From assembly GCF_902459465.1 (NCBI RefSeq), contig NC_047076.1, positions 2,852,001 through 2,916,000 on the forward strand: 64,000 nt of DNA, given 5' to 3'. The notes beneath the pieces were generated by a model that was given only the letters and a program-made list of their open reading frames with translations, did not search any database and was not told the DNA's origin. This stretch comes from Asterias rubens. Lineage: Eukaryota. Below, one piece after another: positions 34,266 to 46,010 of this stretch. The position numbers and the translations under genes were made by a program. Position 1 is the stretch's first letter. Each line of letters opens with the position of its first letter.

Positions 34266-35271
34266 CTCTTTGGAAGGTGTTCAAAATACTCTCATTAGCA
34301 GGCCTTACACTTCGGTCTTGAAGGGGCAAGGCGATTTTCTTCTTTTTAGGGGCACTCTATGAGGAAAAATTTAAACTTGTTTTGAAACTTGTAAAGGGCA
34401 CCACAGCAAACGCACAGAGCACCAAGGCAATTGTTATGGGTGTCATGGGTTATTTTGAGGATTGCATTTGGACCCAATTTCATAAAGCTGTCAAGCAGAA
34501 TTTTGTTTGTGTGCTAAGCAAGTTTTGTGCTTACTACAGGTTCAGGGTATAATCAACTTGTACAGCTGGTAGTGTTTATGATTTTCCCACTGGAGTTTTC
34601 GATGTGCTGTCTTAGCACTGTCACTTGTGACTTGGCACATATAATATCTTTATAAGAAAATGTTAGCTAAAAATGCTAGTTGCAAAATGGTAGTCGCGAC
34701 TTGACTAATGAAAACAGTTATGACTACGACACTACAGTGTACAAGTTGGATGAAGAACTTTGACATAATGTTAACAACGTATCAAAGGACATGAATTACT
34801 GGCCTTGAATTTCATCTTTGAGAGGGCAAGGCCATTTTCAATTTGTAAAGTCTAAATGGCATCAATGCCAAGACCAGGGGCAACACAGGCCATAACCTTC
34901 ATGGCCTCCATGTTATTTCAGGCCTGCAATTATCCTGGAGTTGCCCTTTGGCCCACCATGTGCATCCTGCACACGTAGCTGTGCATTACCATTAGTTCAT
35001 CATTGTTTAACAATCCATAATAAGGTTTACCAGGGATGACAATTTTCTGACTTTTATCGGAGTTCAGACTCGTTTTTATATATCCTTGTTTGAAAAGGCA
35101 GCTATTATTTTTCTCAGATGTAAAGAAATCTTACTGTTTGATCTACTTCTCTAGTGCTGAGAAGACTGATCCCCAAAGCTCTTGAAATTTGCAACACAAG
35201 AGGTAACCAAAAATTTGGATTCTAATGTCAGACCTTTTTGTCAGCAATGTCCTTCATTCCTGGTTTACCTG

Positions 35272-35516
35272 GGCCCAATGTTATGGCTCTGCTTACTGCC
35301 GACTTCTGCGCTTACAATCACCATTCTCCGCTTGAGGTGCAAGCGCCGAATTTCTGTGCTAGCTGTGTAAGCACAGAATGCCTATAGGGAGTACGCAGGC
35401 ACACAATTTCCCGCTAACCCGTGAAATAATATTGACATAAGTGCAAAATTCCAGGCTTCCGTAAAGCGCCGTTTCTTTGCTTTTAATGGTAAGCAAAGCC
35501 ATGCAATTGGTCCCTA
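35272..35516. mobile_element. Harbinger-like MITE family E variant
   Basis: ctg|ggcccaatgttatggctctgcttac...gtaagcaaagccatgcaattggtcc. Confidence 0.55.
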
Positions 35517-37080
35517 ATATTGTGAAACTTTGAGATGACATGGTATGTTTAAATAAGCAACTTTTATAACATCTTTGAGTTTGGTTCCACCATTGCATGG
35601 TTACTGACCATCTTTGCACACAGTATTTATTCACTTCATATAGTTTACAAGGCATTGTACATAAATATTAACACCTTAACTACCCCAAATAAACCACCGA
35701 GTCCATTTCATGCAACCCTAGCAAAATGTGATCTCTCAGGCTTGAATCAAGACTAGCATTTGAGGGCCTTGTCACAAAATCAACATTTCAGGAACTTGAG
35801 AGGCAACAAAGCCAAAGAGAAATTTTAATTGCATTTTCCATCAGTGCAGTGTCTCTTTATCTCTAATCAATTTCAAGTGAAAATGAAATTGAGTGTGTTT
35901 TCACCTGGCAGATTTCTATGAAACTGTTTGCCTGTAAAGAGATCCTCGTGTGAGAAGGTTCTTAAGTAATCAATGAATGACCGAGTAAGCTAATCCTTCA
36001 GTTGAGTCAAAGGTACATGTATAGTGTGGAATTATCAATATCAGTACAAGGAAAGATTGAGTTATACTAACAAGTTGATTGTTTAATAATTATTGTATTT
36101 CGTTCATATTATTAGTAATTCCTGGTAACATTGTTTTTCTTTTGAGTTGTAATTGTCACAATTGTTTCATTTGGAAAACCACATCACTGGTTTTGATTTT
36201 TTTGTTTCATACATTGTACTTGGTTTCACATATATTCTTTTTGTGTTTGCATGTTCATATTTCTTTATTATTTTCTAACATCCAACGTTCATTAACAGGC
36301 TGTTTATAATTACACAATTTGCGTTTAGTTGAACTCAAATTTATTTTTGTTGATTTCTACAAAAGTCCAATGCTCAAACATTAAGAGAAGACATGAGAAT
36401 TAGAAAAATAAATTAGTATGTTTCATCTGCAAGCCGATTTAATTTTACATCTGGACGAAGATGATGAATCTTCTTTTAAGGACAGGGTTCCGTAGGTCAT
36501 GCAAGGAATGCATGTCCAAAGTCCAAATTTAACATCTATTAAATGTCCAACGTCATATAAAATTTAAAAAAAAAGTATTCTGATTTCTTCTCTTTGGTTT
36601 GTTAGAGCAGTTTGGCATTCTTATCTTACTCTTTGGGTTTGTGTTAGTTTTAATTTTTTTCCCATGGATTGATTTGGTGTATTTTTGAGGTACTAATAAA
36701 AAAGATAATCATGATTTGTAAATGTTTCAACCAAAGAAAGTAATTGTGAAATAAAATAGTAGAATAATTATTTTGCACATCATGTGTTTCGATTGTTTGT
36801 TCAAATGCACCCCCCCCCCCCGATTGCCCAAACTTTTTTTTAAATCTCTTGTTTTTCACATGCTGAAATTACCGAAGCATCCCGATGACTGGTCTTAAAG
36901 CAAACTTTTCTCATGACAGCTGTTGGAAATTTCATTTTGTCCACGTGCACTTTTAATATGTACACACATTTTAAAGTTAATGCAATTCACAGTTCATAAT
37001 GCACAATTTGATTTTTTTTTTTACAAGTAACACCGACTGAGCATGGAGCTTTTTATGGCTCCAATGTCTGATGAGTATTA

Positions 37081-37210
37081 AGCCGTGTCCGAAACGGCGA
37101 CTTCGGCTACAGTTACGGCTAGATCGCGCGCGTCTGCCTATTCTTCAACACTGGTAGACGCGCTGATCTAGACGTAGCTGTAGCCGAAGTCGTCGTTTCG
37201 GACACGGCCT
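37081..37210. mobile_element. 130-bp hairpin MITE
   Basis: gccgtgtccgaaacggcgacttcggctacag...ctgtagccgaagtcgtcgtttcggacacggc, inverted arms of about 45 bp. Confidence 0.75.
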
Positions 37211-37625
37211 TCAGAAGAATTCATTGTTGTTCGTGCCTTATCCCATAACATTTGAGTTGAATTGTCAACTATACCAATTCTTTTCAGAACCAACACTACT
37301 CAAAACAGATTTATACACATGGTGCTACCGCAAACCTCACTCAACAAAACATTTCCTTCATCCAAAATAGATGGATTGCCCATGACGTCATTGACCGCCA
37401 TCTTTGATGGAATGTGCACGCTTGCAATGCTATCATTGTGTCCTTTTCCATTGTTTGTCATTTAATATGGCGGTCAATGACGCTTTGTGCTATCCACGTA
37501 ATGTATTAAATTGACCGGTACTCGCGTGAATTAATCATGAAAAACAACATGTTTATAAGGCCAATACTTGTCCGATGACGGAAGGAAGCGAAATGAGTTC
37601 ATGGTCTGGCCACACTGGTCATCAG

Positions 37626-37816
37626 GGCTCAATTTCATAGTGCTGCTTAAGCAGAAAACCCTGCTTAAAAAATCACTGCTTAGCAAAAATGGGCAGGATA
37701 CCAGGTCACCAATTGTACATGTGACATGGTATTTTGACTTGTAACCTGATTCTGGTAAGCATGTTTTGCTTAGGTTATTTTTGTGCTTTATAGGCAGTTC
37801 TATGAAATTAGGCCAT
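37626..37816. mobile_element. Harbinger-like MITE family E
   Basis: cag|ggctcaatttcatag...ctatgaaattaggcc. Confidence 0.6.
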
Positions 37817-37977
37817 AGGGCCGATTTCACAAACAGCTAAATTGATCTTAACTGCACATCAATCGTAGCTGCTAAGCAAAGTGTGATGTCACAACACAAA
37901 CCACTATGGTTGTACTGACAGTTTGTCCTGATGCGATGAATTTTATTGCCCAGTTTGTCAAAAAAAAGTACGACGCA

Positions 37978-39060
37978 TCAAACTTTCAGAGTGGTCACTT
38001 TGGCTTTTTCATATTGAAGGTCACACGTGAAATCAACCGAAGACTTTGCCCTTATGGCCCGAATGAAATCGGCTGCTTCGGGTATCTCCGTACACTTGCA
38101 GAGAAATATGGACCTGAAAACGGTCTTGAAGTGCGGGTGCTTAGTGGCGTAGATGATCGGGTTGATCCAACTGTTTAGAAGGAGGACAGTGACGGCATAC
38201 GGGACTGCTGGCTTGAGGGTATCCACAAGAATGCAAACAGAGTATGGTGTTAGGCATAAGATGAAGGCACACACGATATAGAAAGTGTTCTTGGTTATCT
38301 CCATTTGTAGCTGGTTCCCGCTCTGCTGTCTGGTCCCCGTTCCCGTCTTCCACGCCGCATTGGTGGCATGTGCGGCCTGTCTTGCCGAGTGTCTTTTTAT
38401 ATGCCTGTAAATTTGATAGTAACTTCCAATCAAAATTATGAGTGGGATGGGATAGTTGGTGAAGACTATGATAAAGTCATACCACAATGCCATGTTGTTG
38501 CGATCAACAAAAGTGCAGAATTTATACTGGAAGTCGTACCCGAGTTCCACAAGTCCGAATATACCCGGTAACGATGCTGTGAGTAGGGGTATCAACCAAG
38601 TAAGGATAACCATTATTGTCATTTTCCTACGTGTGTAGACGCTCTGGTAAACCGAGAGCGGTTTGGTGACGAGGAGGAGTCGATTCAAGGCGATGAACGC
38701 AAGGGAGTGGATGCTGCAGCCGACCCCGGTGGTAGTCCCCACGGATACCACGGAGCAGAGCCACCCCGGTAAAGGCCAACCGTTCGGAGCCACCAACGCC
38801 GGTACCTGCCAGGCGAAGAAGAACCCGGTAAGTAAGTCTGCCACACTTAAATTCACGATGAACACATTTGTTGGTGTCCTCAGTCGTTTAGAAAGCACCA
38901 CTGCCAGGATAACTATACTGTTGTCCAGTACAGCAATAAAGGACCACAGTGATATAAGAGTTGCCACGATCAGCCTCTGCGTGTAATCACAAAATTCAAA
39001 TTCAAGATCGACCACTTGGGAAGAATTCTTCGGAATCTCATGCTCGGCACAGTGCTCCAT
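37978..39060 (-). CDS. Class A 7TM GPCR, Tre1/Moody/GPR84-like, paralog 1 (360 aa, intronless CDS)
   Basis: Seven hydrophobic segments; NLSVADLL (TM2), WLC and KFC disulfide Cys, ALNRLLL (TM3 end), CLTPY (TM6), NSWINPIIYATKHPHF (TM7/H8). Confidence 0.9.
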   Translation of the reverse strand: MEHCAEHEIPKNSSQVVDLEFEFCDYTQRLIVATLISLWSFIAVLDNSIVILAVVLSKRLRTPTNVFIVNLSVADLLTGFFFAWQVPALVAPNGWPLPGWLCSVVSVGTTTGVGCSIHSLAFIALNRLLLVTKPLSVYQSVYTRRKMTIMVILTWLIPLLTASLPGIFGLVELGYDFQYKFCTFVDRNNMALWYDFIIVFTNYPIPLIILIGSYYQIYRHIKRHSARQAAHATNAAWKTGTGTRQQSGNQLQMEITKNTFYIVCAFILCLTPYSVCILVDTLKPAVPYAVTVLLLNSWINPIIYATKHPHFKTVFRSIFLCKCTEIPEAADFIRAIRAKSSVDFTCDLQYEKAKVTTLKV

Positions 39061-39789
39061 TTCGAATAATACAAACAGCTTCGAGCTAATAACTTTGTTT
39101 TATACCAATAATATTTTCAAGGCGTTTCCTGCTTCCTTTGGGTTTTTCCAAAGTTAACCTTGACGTTGAAGATATCGCACTTCCTGTAGTTCATTCGTTG
39201 TACCTTTTGTCACCTCTTCGGCTGGTCACGGCCGCACACTAAGACTGCAGTTATTACCTCAGAAACAAATGACCTAATGATATTAACAAGAAAACCGTTA
39301 TCGAAACCTTTCAAATCTCAGACAAAGTAGCACGTGGTAATCTTACAATCCATTGAAATATAGACATCATCAAGGTAAGCGAAAGTATTGCAGTTTCGCA
39401 TCGTATAGCGAAATGATAGATACAACTAAAACACAAGAAAAAACATACAATTCAGTTACGTTCTGAATTTTCGGTTTCAAATCTCAGGATCGGTGCGGTG
39501 GTCGAAAATGTAATCGCTTGTGACGGTGTCCTGTACTGTGCATGCTTGTATACTATTATAAAATGCAAGGCGAGACGTGTGTTGGACCTAACGATCGAGT
39601 TCGAACTCTAGGCCATTATGCCGAAATTACCAAGGTCACAGTGATTTGAAACAATAAGGAAATGGCAAAATCAATTTGATTTTTGTTGTTGGTCTTCAAC
39701 GACCTCCTTCCTGTTAGTAATTCATGTACATCTGGTCTCCATTGTGAGAACATTCAATGGTGTAAGTTAGGCTACATGCTTTATCTTAC

Positions 39790-40125
39790 AATGTCCATTG
39801 GGTTATGATTCCTGCCCATAAACAAGAGCTAGTCTGCTCCGTTTGAGAATTATTAACTCATCCGAAGGATTTTTTTTTTTAAATCAGGTATATATTCCAC
39901 GTGTAGTTTAAAAAGAGTTTCAAAATCTTACAATGTTCATTGAGGTATGTTTCCTGCCCAAGTAAGATCAGTCTGCTCCATTTGAGAATTTATTAACTAT
40001 CCGACGAATGTTAAAGCATGTAGTTTTAAGAGGTTCAATGGTCACTGAGTTATGTTTCCTGCCCAAGTAAAATCATTCTGCTCCATTTGAGAATTATCAA
40101 CTCATCCGAAACAACTCATCCGAAA
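39790..40125. repeat. Tandem repeat, 3 degenerate units of 105-140 bp
   Basis: ttcctgccca...tctgctcc(g/a)tttgagaatt...actcatccgaa recurs three times. Confidence 0.75.
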
Positions 40126-40379
40126 TGTGTTCGAATAGAAGCAGGTGATACCGGTATTCCGCGTATAAGAGTTTCAAAGATGGGCATCTGTAATCAATTT
40201 TTCAGGCTTTAGTGAAACCATAAAGTTGCTCCAAAGTGTCGTCTGTGTAGTTGCACTGACGTCGAATAATATCCAAATCCAAGCGGTGCATCCTTCACAA
40301 ACTCACAGTGCGCTCAGATAGTTCCAATGTGCATTTAGAGTTGTACTATAATCGTTTGTTTTCTGGAACCATCCGAAAA

Positions 40380-40790
40380 TTTGCGACTGAAATTTGGAAA
40401 ATTGTCAGTTTGACCATAGCGTAAAGTTATTGTTTATGGTTTGACAGTGTCCAAGTTCAAATCAAAATGAACCCAAAGTTCGCTCTTCACTCATGGAGTA
40501 CTGCAATTCGATTTCAGTACTATGGAATCACCCAAGCCAAATCAAACACCACGTAGATTTGTTAAAACAGATCTCTGTCGACCGTCGACATATCCCGGTG
40601 TGCACACTTGCGACTGAAATCCGGAAAATTGTCAGTTTGAAATCATTGTCCAAGTTCAAATCATAATGAGCCCAAAGTTCGCTCTCGACTCCACTCTGCA
40701 ATGCGATTGCAGTGCTGAAAAATCACCCAAGCCAAATCAAACACCACGTAGATTTGTTGAAACACATCTCTGTCGACCGTCGACATCTCT
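40380..40790. repeat. About 230-bp tandem duplication
   Basis: ttgcgactgaaat..ggaaaattgtcagtttga to tctctgtcgaccgtcgacat occurs at about 40380-40592 and 40608-40787. Confidence 0.8.
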
Positions 40791-41259
40791 AAATGAACAT
40801 CTCTGACAAGAGCATCCTGCCGACGGCCTGTTCGTGAGCCCCATTTTAAATCCCCCTACAGGTGACCCGTTTTCCCGTCAAACGTAATGACTTTTACAAC
40901 CGTACCCTTTGGCCGAGGCATCGTGCACAAATTACGCATAAGATAATGTTCGTCTTTCTGCTTGGCCTGACAGAAACACTCTATCACCCAGATTGATTCT
41001 GGTCGTTAGCTTGTGGGAACATGGCACACAAATTGACATACCAAGTTAAATTATAACCCGATAAATTAATCAGTCTGTGGACTTAATGCGTGCCGTATAC
41101 CCTTTCCGGAAACTAAATCGACGGAGTCATCTTTCGTCCCATGCCCCATTATTGCTCCACTGGTTGTATTTGTTAGAGATTTACAATAACATGTTCGGCC
41201 TTCGCGAGGCAATGATAAAACATCAAAAGCAATGCTAGCAGAACATAATAAAAAACATA

Positions 41260-41810
41260 TGACTGAGCAAGATAAAGCACATATTCAATTCCGCTCTGTT
41301 TTATACTGTTTATACTTTAGATAATGGCCTAAAGTTCCCTCCGAGTGTTGTTTTGTGGTTAAATCGATTTTTCATCAAACAAATTTTGTAACTTTCAGGG
41401 CAGACAATTACAAAGAAAACTGACTGAGCAAGATAGAGCACAATTACTTATTTTCAATTAGTATTTCTCTCTGTTTTGTATGGAGCCATGCTCCATCCAA
41501 ATACTGCTCACTTTGGAGGGGTGATGTCATAGAAATCTTTATGAGAGTCTTTTTTATTTGTGGTTAAATCGACTTTACATTTATTGTAATTTTAAGGGCA
41601 GAAAAATGGAAAGAAAAAATGGCTGAGTAAGATAGAGCACATTTATTTTCAATTTGTGTTTCTCTCTGTTTTGTAAAATGGCGCATGGCAGGGCCATACT
41701 CCCACTACTGCTTACTTTGGATTTGGAGGGATAATGTCATGTTCTCTGTGTGTATGTTTTTTGGTTGAATCGACTTTTCATCAAATAAATATTGTAATTT
41801 TAAGGGCAAG
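41260..41810. repeat. Tandem repeat, 3 degenerate units of 160-200 bp
   Basis: g(a/g)ctgag(c/t)aagata(a/g)agcaca...ggtt(a/g)aatcga...gtaa(c/t)ttt(c/t)agggca three times. Confidence 0.75.
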
Positions 41811-42841
41811 TTGAATCACTTATTGTAAACTTGTATGCCAGAGTGTCGTGTTAATACTTGTTGCCCTTCACTCAAGTGACTGTGTTTTGCTATTTGTTCA
41901 CTATTGATTTGATTATTCAAATCAGTTTAAGTGCAGGAGGTCAGTTTATATGTTGAGACATCATCTTATGGATTCTGCTGTAGTGTTTTAAGTGGATGCT
42001 CGGTCTTTTTAATTAGTGGGTCGGCCTTTTAGACATGTGTCTCCATGACAAAGAAAACAGCTCATTGCAGGAAAATAAAGACAAAATAATAATGCAAAAT
42101 TATTTTCAAGAGAAATGTAAATTGTTTATTAGTAGATCTACAATTCTTATTCAATTAAAATGATTAATTCACGATACAAGGGTGTCATTTATCGACATTT
42201 TGTGATGAAACTAGTTTCTCTGTGGAAACATATGTACGGTAAACATAACATGGTAGCAACCTAAGACATTGACCCAATTAAGATGAAATGTACACGCCCG
42301 TTGTCAAGTAAATGCAATATTGGTTTGTAAATGATTATGGTTTTGTCATTATATTGCAGAGTTGTGTTTTATTGTTCAATTCTTCTTAGAAATGGTATCC
42401 GAGCTTTGCGCTGGTCCCACATAATTGTACTGACATGGCGCACTAACACTATTACTAGAGCAAAAGCATAGGCCTACTATTTTAAATTTTATACAAAAAG
42501 CTTATCTGTGATACAGCCTATTATTCCAGCTTGTGGTCCTGCTCGCCGTTTTTCCAGCTCATCTGGTTATTAAAACACTTATGTTTCCATGGTGGCGCCA
42601 TTCTGTTTATCTACCATTAAACCTTAAACAGTTGGCGTTTTCCAAACCTCAGCTAATACTTCTGCTCCCGGTTTCAGGCTTTGTTTGATGCGGGAAACAC
42701 TGTACAATGTAATGACGGAGCCTGGGTTTGAGCCCAAGCCGAGGGTTCGAAAATGCCAAAGGGATCACAATAATAATTGGCCTGGCCCCAGTTCAATAAG
42801 AAGCGTTTGTCTCATAATTGCAGACGAAGAACTATACTTAA

Positions 42842-43155
42842 AGACACTGGACATGCACTTTTGGTAAGTTTCAAAGACTAGTCTACACAGTTGGTTTATC
42901 TCAACATATGCATAAAATAACAAACCTGTGAAAATTTGAGCTCGATTGGTCGTCGGAGTTGCGAGATAAAACACCCTTGTCACACGAAGTTGCTTTCTTT
43001 CTTTCTCGAAAACTACGTCACTTCAGAGGGAGCTGTTTCTCACAATGTGTTATACTATTAAGAGCTCCCCATTACTTGTTACCAAGTCAGGTCTTATGCT
43101 AATAATTACTTTGAGTAATTTTATTACCAATATAAAAATATAGTATCCACTGCCT
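42842..43155 (+). mobile_element. Kolobok-like MITE family A
   Basis: TTAA flanks at 42838-42841 and 43156-43159. Confidence 0.8.
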
Positions 43156-44064
43156 TTAAGGGGTGCTGGGTACACGGTCTCTAGTTTTACAATTGGTCAT
43201 GTTCAGTGACATACCTTTCTCTACTTATGCTTTTTTGTTATACCATTCTTACTTTCATCAAATAATGAAATGAATGATTAGTGAAATACCGTAATTTGAC
43301 AAGAATGATATCATGTCCTGTGTCCTAGGGCGCTAGACCCACCCCTGGGTTAGTGTAACTCGGGATCTGTTGTAAACTGAGACCTGAAAATGTGCTAAAC
43401 TGACGCAGAATTTGAATCGAAAACCCCACCTTATTAAAACCAGTTTCCGGTCAGCCTGACCCAAAATGGGTCCGGTCCTTTGGTTTCGGAATCCGGGTCG
43501 ACCATGACCTGGTCATTTTCAGATCATGTAAAGATTCAACGATTTCTGATAAGCAACAAGGGAAAACAAAAACATAAGCCAAAATTCTTTGTATTCGGAA
43601 ATGTGAACGATCTCTCAAGCGCGAGCGAATGAACATCTTCATTATTGCGCCCTCATAGTGAAACTCGCTGCGTACCGCGTCATAAACGCTGTGTATACTT
43701 TTAACGTTTAACATTGTGTGTGCTGGTGTCATTCTATCTTTACACAGAAGTTTTGTTTTGTTTACCATGAAGAGTTTGCGTGCTTGTTTAATACCCTTTT
43801 CTATAATAACAAGCTGTATTGGCAGTGTGTTAACCAGTACGGCAATCGCAATTATAAAAGAAGAAATAAAAAACCGTTAAATGCATCGAGACTAAACCAG
43901 ACAAAATGGAATGTTTCAATCTTGTTCGTGATGATAATTAATACTGACTTGAAGAAGCAGAGTTTCCGTGACAAATCTTTTAATATCATTTAATTACATA
44001 CATAGAATTACGTACAGCCATCCGATGTGCATGGACGGTCTATTTTAATATTGTCACACTACAG

Positions 44065-45138
44065 TTATCTTCTGCGTATTACAGCCTTTCGGACAAAAGG
44101 ATCAGGTTGTATTTTGTTGAACTGGCAACGTAGCATCAAACGAAACACTTGCCTGAACTGAGGGTGCTTAGTGGCGTAAATAACCGGGTTGACGCAACTG
44201 TTGAACGCCAAGAAGACGGCGGCCCACGGTATGAACGGGTCGCTCGGAGGTATCATCAACGCTATGCCGAACGGCGAGACGCAGATCACGAAAGCGAGCA
44301 CTACGCAGAAGAGATTCTTGGTGATATCAATCTGTCTTCGCGATGACGTCAGACGCCTCGTGACACTGTTGTTCTCCTTAGGGTGGAGCGCCTCCTTGGT
44401 CTGTACACTCGAGGAGATCGACAGCTCTAGGCTTGATGACGTCATCATGTTCTGACAGTGCTGTTTGACGTGCTTGAAGATCTTCACGTAGCAGATGACG
44501 ATGATGACCATTGGACCCGGGTAGAACGAGACAGCCTGGAAGATGCTGTAGATATGCGACAAGGGGTTACTTGTCTTATGGTTGCACGTGCCGTACTTTT
44601 CAGCGTAGCCTAGCTCACCGAGTCCGAACAACGGCGGGACGAACGCGACGAGCAACGGTACGAACCACGTGGCGGTGACCATAACGGCAACTTTGAACGG
44701 TGTGTAGAGACTCCTGTAATGCTTTATGGACTTGGTGATGAGTATGTATCTGTTGAGAGCGATGGCAGCAAGGGTGTACAAGCTACAGCCCCCGCATGTG
44801 TACAGGATCAGGGCCAATGTTTTGCAGACCAGGTCAGAAAACATGGAGTTGCTCAAGTCCGAGTGAAGCAGGTTAGCGGCGTTGAAAGGTAAAGACATAC
44901 AGGTAAGCAGGTCAGCAACGCTTAGACTGACCACGAAGGCGTTGGTGATGGTCCGGAGACGTCGCGAGAGGGCCACGGCGAGGATGACTAAGACGTTGCC
45001 GAAGATGCCGAAGACCGAGATAAGGAGGTTTAAAGAGGCTACCACCACACGCTGGTTGTAGTCTGAGAATCTGAACTCACCAGCGCCCTCATCGTCTAGA
45101 GCGTCACCTGATTCTGTTCCATTTGGTTGTGGATACAT
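44065..45138 (-). CDS. Class A 7TM GPCR, Tre1/Moody/GPR84-like, paralog 2 (357 aa, intronless CDS)
   Basis: FGIFGNVLVILAV (TM1), SLSVADLL, ALNRYIL (NRY motif of the Tre1/Moody type), CVSPF, NSCVNPVIYATKHPQF. Confidence 0.92.
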   Translation of the reverse strand: MYPQPNGTESGDALDDEGAGEFRFSDYNQRVVVASLNLLISVFGIFGNVLVILAVALSRRLRTITNAFVVSLSVADLLTCMSLPFNAANLLHSDLSNSMFSDLVCKTLALILYTCGGCSLYTLAAIALNRYILITKSIKHYRSLYTPFKVAVMVTATWFVPLLVAFVPPLFGLGELGYAEKYGTCNHKTSNPLSHIYSIFQAVSFYPGPMVIIVICYVKIFKHVKQHCQNMMTSSSLELSISSSVQTKEALHPKENNSVTRRLTSSRRQIDITKNLFCVVLAFVICVSPFGIALMIPPSDPFIPWAAVFLAFNSCVNPVIYATKHPQFRQVFRLMLRCQFNKIQPDPFVRKAVIRRR

Positions 45139-45699
45139 GCTTAACTGTTACTGTTCAGCTTAAAAAAATAACTTTGAAGACGACTATTGTTGAAAAAGGT
45201 GTCTATCTTTCACAAAATCAGATGAAATGTTTTCTGTACTCAACGACAACAGTGTCAGCAACCATAGTTGCGGGCAGTGAATGTGAGAGTCGCTATTCAT
45301 AAGTCCTTTATATACATTTCGTTCCTAGTAAACAAACCCCACCCCAGGGATCGGTTTTATGTGACTCTACTCAGACGTTGTTTAAAACAACATTGCTTTT
45401 TCGCGTCACCGGACGCAACTTAGCTTATTATTAAGCGCAGTAGCATCCTGGGTACGGCGCTACCTGGTAAGCAGAGTCAGAAATGGCACACATTTGAGTA
45501 TGTCACTTTAGCACTATCACATCCGCTACTGTTCAGTATTGTGGACGATTTTGAAATGTGTTTGTTCAAGGCAAAGGGAAGTTCAGTCATTTCATTTTGT
45601 TTTTGTCAGAGGCAGAAGGAAGTAGGATGGTTGTTTGCTGTCTGGCATTGATTCTAGCGGTTAGCATGGTGACTTGCACCTTTACATGCACCTTTACAT

Positions 45700-46010
45700 T
45701 AAACTTGTTTGACCACTGTGAAGGAACGTTATGTCCTACAACCGAGTTTGACCATTATGTCCAAACCACTGTGTCCACTTTCCACAATCCACTGATGTCC
45801 AACAAATCATGTTCGACCCATTGTTTCCAATAATGTCTGACAAGCCAATTATGTTCGACCCATAGTGGCCGACAGTCATGTCCGACAGACCATTATTTTC
45901 GATCAACTGTCCAACAAATAATTACTGTTCGACCCACTATGTCCAACAATGTCCGACATGCATTTTGTCCAACTTGTCCGATAATGTCAAACAAACTATC
46001 AAGTCTGGTC
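45700..46010. repeat. Degenerate short-unit minisatellite (gtccaac / gttcgaccca / gtccgac)
   Basis: More than ten recurrences of tgtcc(a/g)ac or gttcgaccc. Confidence 0.6.

Noticed and set aside
38141-38986. Short ORFs overlapping GPCR1 (and similar ones in GPCR2, GPCR3 and enkurin exon 2)
   Set aside because: Antisense or alternate-frame shadows of real CDS.
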